Notes under the pieces: model-generated
Told to the model about the DNA's origin: nothing
The model's input: the letters and a program-made list of their open reading frames with translations, nothing else
Databases searched by the model: none
Assembly: GCA_964635195.1 (NCBI GenBank)
Contig: CAZWNC010000002.1
Coordinates: 3,444 to 67,443 of the forward strand
DNA from: an uncultured Candidatus Saccharibacteria bacterium
Lineage (GTDB): Bacteria; Patescibacteriota; Minisyncoccia; Phycocordibacterales; UBA12088
Direction of reading: 5' to 3'
Length of the DNA stretch: 64,000 bases
Translations under genes and position numbers: made by a program
Shown here: piece after piece, positions 19,509 through 32,200 of the stretch
How positions within the stretch are numbered: position 1 is the stretch's first letter
Layout of the letters: every line of letters starts with the position of its first letter

Positions 19509-20192
19509 CTACAACAGATCATACACAAATTGATCGAACGCCATGGTGAGCGAATCACGCTGTGCGACAAAAGAGGTATAGTGCGCTTCAAGTTCCGCAT
19601 GACGTGTTTCGGCCTCCGTGGTAATCGCATTAATCGAGCGTTTATGTTCATCAGTCAACTCACCTCCGTCTTCGAGCACTCGTGTGATGATGGCGTACGT
19701 ATGCTCATGTGTTTCCGAAAGGTTAGCAATAATTCGTGCCGACGTTTCGGCACACGCGCGCGCAAGCGACACAAGATTGTGTGCCTGCTCGCGCGCACGC
19801 ATGCCCGTAAAAATACGTGACATGGTATCGAGATTTTGAATGTTTAAGTACAGTTCGTCTTGTGCGACCGCGGCGTCCGCTATTCCCTTCTGAATCGAAT
19901 CGAGATGCGTAAACGCGACACGCGCGAGTGCCTCACGCTCACCACTCGTTAGCGTGCCGGTCAGAATGTCTTGCAGCAACGCAAGGAGTTCACTTCTATC
20001 GGAGTTCTTTTCGGTACTGGGACTGTGTACGAGAGCTGCGACCCGCGTTGCCGACACGTCGTAGGTGCTGTACGCATCGATGAATCCTACGACACTCGAC
20101 CGCTCACCCTCAAACCCGCCATAGTAGAGCCACGCGTAGGCACCACCACCCCCAAGCATGAGTGCGCAGAGTAGTGTCAAAAAAATTCGCAT
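19509..20192 (-). CDS. Secreted or membrane-anchored hypothetical protein
   Basis: N-terminal MRIFLTLLCALMLGGGGAYA signal. It lies 50 nt downstream of the giant ORF on the same strand. Confidence 0.5.
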   Translation of the reverse strand: MRIFLTLLCALMLGGGGAYAWLYYGGFEGERSSVVGFIDAYSTYDVSATRVAALVHSPSTEKNSDRSELLALLQDILTGTLTSGEREALARVAFTHLDSIQKGIADAAVAQDELYLNIQNLDTMSRIFTGMRAREQAHNLVSLARACAETSARIIANLSETHEHTYAIITRVLEDGGELTDEHKRSINAITTEAETRHAELEAHYTSFVAQRDSLTMAFDQFVYDLL

Positions 20193-20241
20193 AGTACGTT
20201 GTTATCCTGTAAATGGGAGGTCTCTATGCCCCACGCACCAT

Positions 20242-23200
20242 CTAATCTCCTACCGCATAGAATGTTGTCTGCCCCCGATGTGTTGCTCCCGAAACACCGG
20301 TTGTAGGAATATAAATGCCCCAATACAACACGTCCGTCACCGGTGTTTCCGCCGCCATCGCCTTGGGCAGGTCAACCTCAAGCGTACTAGCGGTTCCTGA
20401 AAGTGCGCCACAAATGACACACGCGGAGTACGTAAATGAGGACGTGGAGAACTTTTGGTTGCCCACAGGAATGGTCGAGGCACCGCTTGTAAGATCCGTA
20501 CCCTCAAGCTCGAGATCGACCGCTATATTACCGGTATTCTGAATGGTCGAAGATGCGTTTGTTTGTGCCGTAGTGCTTGCACCCATCTCAAGCGCCCCAT
20601 ACGCAATATCACCACTCACAACTGACATGGCGAGCATGCTCCCCACCTCCGCACCGTCCGAGGTCGAACTTGCCTCATTCAAGGTATCGTCCATTATGAA
20701 CAGCCTCGCTTCCCATGTCTCAGCACTATAGTCTCCCCAATCGGTTGGATCGGCAAAGTACTGTATGTCTGCGGTGCAGGTCACTTCACACGTCGTACCT
20801 GAAGGTGCACACGTGAGCGGACACTCGAGTGAGTTTAGCTGGTAGCAATTATTTGGATTTGCAGCACAATCCGGACCGACGTCGGTTCTGTAGAAGGTCG
20901 AGGTGGCATAGAGAAGTGTTTCGCCTCCATTCAAATCAGACACGGTACCTGTTGCCACGATGGATGTCGTTTCACCCTCCATAAGCACGATCGGATTCGG
21001 ATCCATGACCGTCGAACCGTTGAATACCCATTCATTGATTTGTGGCCCATAATTTGCCGTCACTTCTGCAAGTGTCTGGTAGGAGTCAAGCTCAGAATCA
21101 CCATCAGAAACGCGCATGCAGTACGCATTGGATATGGCGTCTGCCGTCAACTCGACCGCGTACTCCACCTCGGTCGTGTATCCTTGCGGTAGAGTGGTCG
21201 AGGCGGTTTGATTACTATCGGCTTCAATGAGACGGCCGGCTGTGAACGGGAGGAGCGTAGTCGGTACCAAAAGCGCCTGTGTCTGACCTTGATCGACGTA
21301 CCCGGACGTTGTGGTCATACACACGGGACTGTCACTTCCCGCACATGCCGCCGACGTACCCGGTACAGTATCGAAGTTGACCGAGGGTACCGCATTACAG
21401 GTACCATACCCTGTCTTGTCCGCATACTGCAGTCGCCACTCTTTTCCCCATTCCTGTGGTCCGGAATTTTCTATGGAGAATCGTACCCGGAATGGTTGTC
21501 CCTGATCCACGGTCACTGAAGTATCCTGGGCCGCTTTCCAACTGGCACCCCCTTTCTCTTGCTCAAGCCCAACCCACACGGTGGGCTCATTCGCAAGGTA
21601 CGGTCGCGCCGTATAAAAATCCCAAGCTCCGTGTTGTGTCCAAAAGGAGAAGCCGGAACCACCTGCCGAAGTGTGCGAGAGATCACTTGCCGTTGTTGTT
21701 GCAAAGAGAGCGCCGACACTGTCGTACACCGATGCGTACAGTGTGCCACCGGAAAGCCAGTCCACCTCGACGGTATACCAACCACTAGTCCACGTGACCG
21801 TCGTACTTGCGAGGGTGAGTGCTGCCGTGGCGCGATTGGTCACATCTTCCGCGATTACCAATCGATCAGATGGATACTGTGTCAAACATACCGCGTAATT
21901 GGAGCCAGACCCACCGACTCCAAAGAGTGTACAGGGTTGATCCTCATAATTCTCATCCACATACTGCAAAAAACGAATGGTACTCCCTGGACCGAAGGTG
22001 GTCGTCGTTTGATACAGTCCACCGGTGGTAAAGTTTTCCTCTTGTCCCGATGCGGCATGGAGCGTGTATGCACCTTCGCCACCACTCTCCGCAATCGCAT
22101 CAAACTGAGTTGTGTTGCCGGTGTACCCTGTAAGGTCGTCATCCTCAAAATCATCAAAGAACGTAAACGTGTTCGAACCGCTTTCGGCATTTGCGGCGAA
22201 ATCATTGTCATAGTACAGGTATATGAATCCCGTATCGTTTGCCGAAACACTCGGAATCTTAACCCAAACCGTCGCGGTTGCTGCGGTATATGATTCGATG
22301 AAGTGCGGAAGTGAGGTGGTGCCGGAGTTATCGGTGAAGCGCAAGTCATTCCAACTCGTTTGCATGTCACCAACTTCGTACGCAACCTCAAATCGTACTG
22401 CGGTGTTTGTAAGTGCACCCGCGTTTGGATTCGTCACGTGCACGCGCTTGCGTTTATTCCAGTTGGAATCGTACCATTCACTATCGGGTGCCCCGTCCGT
22501 ACCATCATCATTCCTAAATCTGAAATGTGTCTGCGAAAACTCAAGACACGTGCTGTCGTCCCAACGAATGGAACCACAGGCATCGATACCATCATCATCA
22601 TATGCTTCACCATCTATTTCACCCATATGGTTTCGAAAATCCCAGAAATTCGCATTAGTCGACGTGCCGTTTCGTTTAATGTTCGCTACTCCTGAAACGC
22701 CCGTCGTAGTACCGAACCGTACGCTGGCGATTACCTTGGTCGGATTTTGATCGATGGTGGTCGAGGCGACCTGCAAAAGGTACCCACCGGATTCCGCCCG
22801 CTCAAAATCACCATACGAGAGTGAGGTCACGGTAAGTGCATTGGTCAGCACAAGGCCTGACGCATTTAGATTGCGGAACGAATAGTACTGGGCATTCAAG
22901 GTACCACCCGACTTAGCAAACGCGTAGGTACCCGTTCCTGCAACCGCAATCGTCGTGGTAGCCGACTCGGTACCGACAATTTCGAGTGTCCCTCCCGTAA
23001 ACGACAGTGATGAACTTGACGCGATGCGTACGTCCACCTGTCGCGACCCACCAATCGGTGCCCCTCCCTCAAAGTCGGTTGCATAGCTCCAGTAATCACT
23101 GCCGGTACTCCTTACGTACTCACCCCAGATAAACAGATCTCCGCTCGTGCCACCATGATCCATTGAATAGAGCGAGCCTGTCGAGGGCACCGTTGTGGTT

Positions 23201-26200
23201 GCAGCGGCACTATCCCACATGCGCACATCCGTATTCGCACCGAGAGTAAGGTACGCGTAGGTATCCCCACCCGTATTTCTCGTGTTTACCGTATAAGCGG
23301 TACCGGATGCGTTGAGGTACAGGGTACTGTTAGTCCAATCCGTCGTAGTGCTTGCAAACGCATTTTCAAAGACTCCACCCACTTCAAGCATGGTAGAACT
23401 TGCTAGTGTGAAAGATGCTCCTTGTTGCAAGCGCCACATGCCACTCGTGGTCGCACTGCCGGTCACTGTCCAGCCACCACCAACGCCTCGCAATACCACA
23501 TTCGAGAACAGTGAGCTGCTTGCCGTGATTGTCTGTCCGGTCGTGGTGGCATAGAGGTATAGGAGTCCCGCATTACTATTGAACGTGCCGGTATTCACGA
23601 ACGATCCACCGACCGCGAAGGTACCGGCAGGTGCGGTCAAGCCACCGGAAGAAATCGTCGTAGTGCCGGTGGTGGTTGCGTGGGTATCTGCAAACGCCCA
23701 TGAACCGGTACCTGCGATAGCGAGATGCCGAGCCGCTGACGCGCCAAAACGAAGCGTCTGGGTAGTGAGTGTCCCATACATGCGCAAGGTGCCACTATGG
23801 GAAAATGTTCCGCCTTGCGCACTGAAACCGTTCGCTATCGCAAACGTTCCGGAAGGTAGTGCGACGCTTCCTGCAGTGATCGATACTGAGCCGGTCGACG
23901 TCGCTTGCGTGTCGGTCATGGTATGTGCGCCGGCGCCTGCAAAGGTGAGTGACCCGACCGCATACCCCCCAAAGGCCACTGTTTGTGCCTGTGCGGAACT
24001 GAAGCGAATACTGGTCGAAGCTGCCGACATCGTAGCACTGTTCACAAAGGAACCACCGACCGAGAGGGTCGAGGTGCCGAGTGTGACATTTCCTGCACTG
24101 ATTGTGAAATGACGTGTCGTAGTCGCATCACGATCAGTAAAAGTCCACACACCACCCGACCCGTTGAACGTAAGGTTATTGAACGCACTGCTGTTAGGAC
24201 TCACGAGTTTGCCCGAAGTGGTCGCGGTAAAGGTAACGGTCGACGTGCCTGCGGTAAAGGTTGCCCCCGTGCCGGTAAGCCAGCTCCCGCCTATAGTGAT
24301 TGCCTGCGCCACTGTGGGCGACGATATGTACGACGCATTGTCGCGCAACTCAAGAGTACCATCATACTCAGTACCGGTACCCCCCGAGTTCAGAGTGACA
24401 TCACCGCCCGGAGTAAACGTTTTACCAGTCCACACAATGAGCTTGTGATTTGCAGATACGGTGAGCGTGTCTGAAACACCGTCGTTTGCATCAAAAGGTA
24501 TGTCTGTGTCGTCGCTCGAATCGTATGTTGCCATATGTGCGATTGTAACTGGGTTTACATCTTCATGCCGAACCACCACCCTGTTTTCGTAGAGGTGCAT
24601 GTCGGTAAGCGTGAGGACGGGATCTACCAGCACATGCGCCGCTTTTCCGGCAACACCATCCAGGTACACTGTCACAACCGAGACCGGCATGGAAATGTTT
24701 GTAAAGGAATATGCGCCGGTTCCGGGAGCACACGACGTAGTCTGTGGACTTACACCATCGAGCACCAACGTAACGACCGATGCGCCGGTGCAAAGACTTG
24801 ATACTGAGCCGGACTCATTACTGTAGACATTGCCGGATATGGTTATCTGCGAATTACTATCATCCCAGATAAGGTATCCGGGGTCTGGATCAGGAGCTGA
24901 GTCGCCGTCATGCATTTCTCCGTAGTAGTTGCCCAGCGCGGGAGTAAAGCGCCAGAAGCTGGTGCTCACGCCGGTTGTGGAGGCGTTGTACCCCGATGCA
25001 ATACCGGTCGAAGTTGCGAAGGAAATACGATCCCACCGTTTGATAGGGTTTGCAGAGATCACCGACCCCGCGACCGTCAGCATAGTACCGCCTTGTATGG
25101 AGAGTTCGAGATCGCCGTCCGAAAGCTGACTCACTGTTGGGCTTCCCGAAAACTCAAGACCTGTGGCGGATATATCACGAATCTTATAGTATTGTGCGTT
25201 GAATGTGCCACCGGTTACCCGAAGCGCATACGTTCCACCACCCTGTGTCGCGATACTTGTTGTCGACATCGTTGACGTACCGACGATGTTCCACGTACCA
25301 CCCGTAAGTGTGGTCGTAGCGTTTGGTGCCAACCGCACCTGTACGGTACGCGGACTTCCACCAAGTGCAGTGCCGTCAAAGTCGGTTTCGTACGACCAGT
25401 ACTCATTGCCACTTGCGCGCACATAGTCACCCCAAATGTACAGCGCACCGTCCTCACCATCATGATCTTGCGAGTACAGTGAGCCGGTACGATCGACCGT
25501 GTACACGGTCGAGGTTGAATTCCACATGTTCACATCGGTGTTCGCACCGACACGAAGTGTCCCATACACATCACCCCCCGCGGTCTTGGTGTTCATTGGG
25601 TATGCGGTGCCACTCTGGAGGTAGAGCGTCGAACCATCCCATGTGGTCGCACCTCCTCCCACTGTGTTCGTAAAGACCCCCTGGACACTGAGTGTGGTAC
25701 CGGAAGTTTGCGTATACGCCGCAGCTGAGGTCAGTAAGAAGTTTCCAGTCGTAGTTGCGCTACCGAGCATAGTCCACCCGCCACCCACGCCATTCAAAGT
25801 AAGATGATGGAACGACGATAGACCCGGGGTGATTGTCTTGCCGGTTTCAGTCGCATTAAAGACCACGCCACCACCGTTACTGGTGAAGGTACCCTGATTC
25901 ACGTACGAACCACCAATCAAAAGGTCATTGGTATTTGCGGCACTATAGGTTGCGTTTGCTCTGATCCACACCATGCCGGATACCGTCAAGAGCGGGTTAG
26001 ATGCCGTTACGTTCACTGTGACAGGGTTCGTACCGTTACCAACGGAAAGTGTCGCCGCGCTTGGTGTACCCCCGGACAACGTATAAGTCGGACTTCCCGC
26101 ACCACTTGGCGCAAGTACCAGATGATGATAGGCAAGTGCCGGAACGGTCATCGCACTCGTGCCGGCAAATGTCGTCGTAGACGTATTTGCGGTAAAGGTG

Positions 26201-29200
26201 CCGGCAACCGAAAGTACCGCACCCGCGCCGTTCAGAGTCCAATTGACCGAGCCTGCGTCAAGTACGTGTGTTGCCGCTACCGTCAGCACCCCTGTCACAA
26301 GCACGTTTCCATTGCCATTTTTCGTCGTCGTATATGCAGTGCCGTCACCCAACGTCAAATTATTGAACGTCCAATCGTTTGCGCCACCAAATGTGCCGCC
26401 CTTACCGACCGTCACAGTGCCCGCAGAAAACGCAAGCGTACCATCGCCCGATAGAGCACCGTTTTGTACATTCAGATTCACAGCACCGGAGACAGTACCG
26501 TCCGACACGGTCATCGCATTTCCAACCGTCGTCGATGACGCGATTGTCCATGCACCGTCCGCACCCGAGAATGTCAGATTGTAAAAACTCGACGAAGGTG
26601 CAACCGTTTTGCCTGTTGTGGTCGCGTTCAACGTGACAGTTGACTGTGCCGCAGTAAAGGTCGCACTTGCGTCGGCAATAAAACTCCCGCCAATGCTGTG
26701 CGACTCACTTCCAACTGCAGTAAATGTACTTCCACTGGCAAGTCGCAGAGTACCGTCATACCCAGCGCCCGAGCCGCCACTCTGAAGTGTGACATTTCCA
26801 CCTGGCGCAAATGTTTTACCAGTCCACACGTGAAGCGAGGTTTCCGGAGAAACGGTGAGCATGCCACTCTCTGCGTCAAATGGTACATCCGCGTGCTGGT
26901 CACTGTCATACGGCATCATGTTCGCGATTGTAAGTGCGTCAACGCTTTCGTGACGAACAATCACTCGATGTTCATACAGATCGAATCCGGTGATGTCAGA
27001 CTGCGGCGAACGTGAGACAACCGCCGCTTTGGTTGTTGTACCAAACACAAACGCAACGAGGGACACGTCTCCGCTATACGTTACATCATTGAAGGTGAAT
27101 GTGCCGGTTCCGGCATCGCAATGCGTGTCATAGGTGGCACCACCCGAAACCACGAGACGAAGCACCTGTGTCGAACCGTTACAGGTCGCCGGTGCGCCAC
27201 CTATACCTTCACCTGCGTACACTGTTCCCGAAACATCGATCGTAAAGCCGGAGTCATCCCATCGCAGTGATCCGGCGCCAACTACAGGGTCTGAGTCGTA
27301 ATCTTCACCATCATAATTGCCGTTGTGATTTCGAAACCACCAGTACGAACTTGCTGTGCCCGACGCTGTAACGTTATACCCTTCCGTGATACCGGTCGAG
27401 GTACTGAACGCAACACGCTGAATTTGAAACATTGGGTTTGCATCGATGGTGGTCGAAGACACGGTGAGCATCGTACTGCTTGCACCGACCGCGGTGAGAG
27501 TATACACACCGTCTGAAAGCGAGGTTACCGTCGAACTTCCAAGTATGGAGAAGCCATGCGTGTCCATGTCGGTCATACTGTAGTACTGCGCCGTAACCGT
27601 ACCGTTCTCGACCGACAAACCGTAGCTCCCCGAACCCTGATTGCTGATTGTGGTCGAAGCACTCGCACCACCCACCACATGAAGTGTCGCATTACTGAAA
27701 CGTGCGGCTGCGCCGGACGCAAAGCGAACGTCGACCTGTCTCGGACTTCCACCGATGCCTGTGCCGTCAAAATCGGTTGCATGCGACCAGTAGTCGGCAC
27801 CGCTCGTACGTTCGTACGTACCATATATATACAAATCGCCATCCTGCGCAGCATGATCTTGGCTGTAGAGTGAGCCGGTTTGTTCAACCACAGCACCGGT
27901 CGAACTCGCTTGCCACATGCGAATATCGGTGTTTGCACCAATGCGCAGGGTACCATACCCTTCGGCATTCTGTGTTTTAGTACCGACTGTGTAACCGGTG
28001 CCCGAATTGAGGTAGAGAGCGGAACCGTCCCAAGTGGTCGCAGACGGCGCACTGTTCGTAAAGGTACCGAGTACCTCGATCGTTACCCCGCTTCCTGCGG
28101 TAAAGCTTGCCGCGTTCGCAATCGTCCACGCACCGGTCGAGGTGGCGTTGCTACTTACTGTCCATCCACCTGAAGCATTGTTAAATGTCACCTGATTGAA
28201 CGCGTTTTGTCCGGGATTGATAGTGTGACCTGTCGCGGACGAGTTGAAAAATACCGCACCGTTCCCATGCGCCCAGGTACCCCCCGTAGTCAGGAAACTA
28301 CCTCCCACCGTGAAGGTGCCGGAAGGAAGTGTCGTTGTGCCTTGCACAAAACGTACGGTGCCACTTGCGGAAAGATTGGTATCGGCGAGCGTGAAGGTGC
28401 CACCCGCACCGTCAAACAGCACTGTGTGAAGGTTCGATCCGTTGGTGCGTATGGTTTCTGCGATATACGACGTAAAACGAAGCGTGCCGCTATTATGCGC
28501 AATGGTACCGCCCGTATTGATGAGCGACTTACCGATTGCAAAAGTCCCCGAAGGCAATGTGAGTGTGCCATTACCCACGCGTACCGTTCCGGATGTGGTT
28601 GCATTGGTGTCTGTCCATGACCAACTGCCCGTACCGGATACCGTAATATTTTGAAGCGGTGATCCGTTCTGATATATCGTTTTTGCGCCGGCACCGGCCA
28701 ACTCTACCGTCCCACCGTTGTGCTGAAGTACGCCACCCGTATTAGTGAGATTCCCCGACACTGTGGTCGTGCCGAGTGCCAGCGTAAGCGTACCGGTTGC
28801 AACGGTAAGTGTATTCCCAATCGTGACCGTCGGTTGTTCGAAGTACCAGTTGCCCCCAACGCCGTTTGCGGTCAGATTCCAAAACGATGAGGCGCCCGGG
28901 TAAATGGGGTTACTTGTCGAGGTTGCGGTGAATGTCACCGTACCCGCACGCGCTCCGAAGCTTCCGTAGTTACGGAAGTATCCGCGCACTTCGAGTGGAT
29001 AGTTCAGTGCAGACACATCGAACGAATTTGCGGTCGCGATCGTAAGATCTGTCAACTTGACCGCACTCTGCAAAGCGACACTTTTTGAACTACCGTTCAC
29101 ATGCACCGCACCGAGATCTTGCTTACTCGCAGTCGAGTCAGTGATAGTGACCGGCGTCGTTGCGCCGTCAAACGTCGTGGTGCCGGTACCCTTCACAAAC

Positions 29201-32200
29201 GTCGTACCGAGTGCAAACGAGAGATTCCCCCCGATTATCATATCTGAAGCTGATACGGAAAGTGTCCCGTATGTCACAGTGAGATTTTTGTTCACATCCA
29301 GCAGACTTGCAAGTGTCCATGTCGCGGTACCGCTCTGTCCAAACGTAAGGGTATTGAACGCGTACTCACTCGCACCCGAGGAGTCAATAGTTTCAAGCGA
29401 GGACGTCGCAGTGAATACGACCGTGCCGTTCCCTGCCGCAAAAATACCGGTATTATTCCAGCTTCCATGTACGTAAAAGGTGTTACTGTCTGCGGTCGTA
29501 GTCCCTCGTATAACGACATCATGCGCATACAGGGTGCCGGAGTTTGCGCTGTCGGGACGATACGTGCTTGAGCTGGCTACATACAGTTTTGTATCGTAGT
29601 ACCCCGCTGAACTGGTGGCGACATATAGGTCGTTCCCCGTGTCAACGTCAAAGAAGAGATCTTCATCACCCGACGACGTGTAGTCGTAGAGGGCTATGTT
29701 TGCATTGCTTGTGGTTGTGGCATCCTGTGACCCGATGGTCAGGTGTCGCTCAAAGAGCTCGACACCCGTCATGTTTCCAAACCCGTCATAACGTGTGACC
29801 GCCGCCGCCTCCTGTGAGTCACCCACCCCGTCTATAAAGACCGTAATCACATCACTCGGGAACATGGTGACGTTTGCGATAGACCACGTTCCGCCTGAAA
29901 TAGTGCCGATTTTCCCGGCCTGAAGCACGCCGTTTACCGCGACACGCACATCACCCCCCGAAGCGACCGGAGTACTCTCGTCATATTGTTTGATAGTCCC
30001 GGAGATAGTGATACCCTCCGACCACGAAATAGTCCAGTCGTGCAAGACGGGGCAATCGCCCGATACACAGACGAAATTCGCGACGTAGCGGATTGTGCCG
30101 TACGTTGCATACGAAACGTTTGTAAGGTCGATACGGTTACTCGTCGTCCCCACCCCATTGCCGGGAAGCGCTTCGTCGGGAATGAGCGCCCATGTCTCAC
30201 CTGCATCGTTCGAGTATTCGATTTGATACAATATATATCCATCGTCAGTGGTGTCGGTCGAACTGGCAATACCCCACCGCGGGCCGGTGCCGTCAGTAAA
30301 TACAACAGGATCTGAAACTATGGAGCCGGACGTGTAGGCGGTATAGCGACGCGCCACCAGGTGGAGTGGCTCTCGACGCACAGCCTGCGTATTACCATCA
30401 CTCTCGAGCTGTTGCGCTACCGACCATTGTGCACCATTCCAGTAGGAGAAGAAGTAATCGTCCGCATCATCGTCGTAGTACAACCCAAGAATGTTTCCAT
30501 CGCCGGTCCGAGCAGTGAAGGCGCTATACGCCTCACCAAGCGTACTCACGTTTTGCGCAATTGTCACCGGTGTCGTCCGATCAAGCACGCGATACTGCTC
30601 GGTCGTCACCACCCCATCACCGTACGTGAAGAGTACATTGCCTTCACGGCCGGCCGTAGTCTCGTACTGACACGACACTTGATTGTTGATCTCATTTACG
30701 CCATCCACCTCCAGCTCAGTCGACGCGCCCCATGCATTCGTCGTGCCATCCCATTCGGCATAGCCAATGTCGGTATCTTCATCGGTATACACGACCGTGA
30801 TACGATCCGTTCCAAGGTCGCGACACATCGACGCTTTGTTGTGATCATTACCGATCGCGGTCGTCGTCGTTGCTTGCCATGACCCGTTCCAGCGCTTAGA
30901 AGCAAAGTTATTGTTGGTACCATTACTAAAGACAATCACCGCATCGGTACCAGAATCTTCATACATAACCGCCATACCCTCGTCGGTCGCTGCACCGGCG
31001 TTTCCGACCAAGGTCGAGTTGCTCCACGTACCACTTCCATTCCACACCTGCGCTTCATAATCTGCGGTGCCAGCATTGTTGAAACGCGCCATCAAAATAA
31101 TCTCGTTTGAGTCCGTGTCTGCTGCGAGCTGTATCCATTCACAGTTTTGTGCAATGGTAAGATTGATCGTACTCGTACCACTCCAGTCCGTACCATCCCA
31201 CGTACGATACACGGCATCCTGCCCGCTACACGCGACAACCATCGCCCGCCCCGAAAGACTTTCGTATGTAATATCGTACCCTCGATATGCCACATTCGAA
31301 ACGGTTGGCACCATTGTCACCAGGTCAGACCAACTTGCAGTATCACCGTCATACACTTGCGCCACCACCTTCCCCGAAGCACCCTCGGTCGCCATGAGGT
31401 ACTCATTTCGAGTCGGCGCGGCGTCGACCCGCACCCAATCAATACGTTCACTCACGTTCTGGGCGCTTTTTTCCGTCCCCCACGCTTGTCCGTTCCAAAT
31501 ACGGTAGCGGGGTGTTTGGATGTTACCCTCCACGTATGCCGTCATCGCTTCGCGAATCGTTGAGGTGATACGAACCTCATCAGACCCATAGGTTTCCGTA
31601 CTGTTGAGTAGCGCGGTGTCGAACTGCTCGTCAGTGGTCTGATACCATGTCGAAACGAGTACCGATGTGTCCACCGTAAAGCTCCTCACCGGTGAATACA
31701 CACTCCACGCATCACCTCCCCCTATATCGGAATCGATTGCACGCACGCGCCACCAGTATGTTGCACCATTCGTAAGCGCGTCTGCGCTTTGTATCGTAAA
31801 CTGAATCGTGTCTCCTTCAACAAATTGTGAGGTATCGGTTGAGCTTGCGGTATTCACAAACCCGGCATGCACCCCCGACCTGCGCGTAGTTGACGCGGCA
31901 AAGTCAGGCGTCGACGACCACTGAAACTCATACTGCAAATTATCACCCTGCGGGTCGGTGGAGTAGAATGTGAACGACGGTGTCGTCGTGCCGACCTTTT
32001 CATTGTCGAACAGGGTATCGAGTGTTGGTTGCTCTACTGCAAGACCCCACGAAATAGTCCAGCTATTGAGGCGCGGTTTCGCTCCTCCGAGGTCTCGAAA
32101 ATTTGCCCGCACCCGTATTTTGCTATACACACTTGGATCAAGCGACAAGAGCGATATCGGTTGCGTCACATCATGTCCGGCTACGTTGTCCGGCAATGCT

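Noticed and set aside
22510-28940. Possibility that the ~2.3-kb periodic repeats are a CRISPR array or recent segmental duplication
   Set aside because: The repeats are about 770-800 codons long, in frame, and diverged at DNA level, with no short direct repeats or spacers. They are protein-coding domain repeats.
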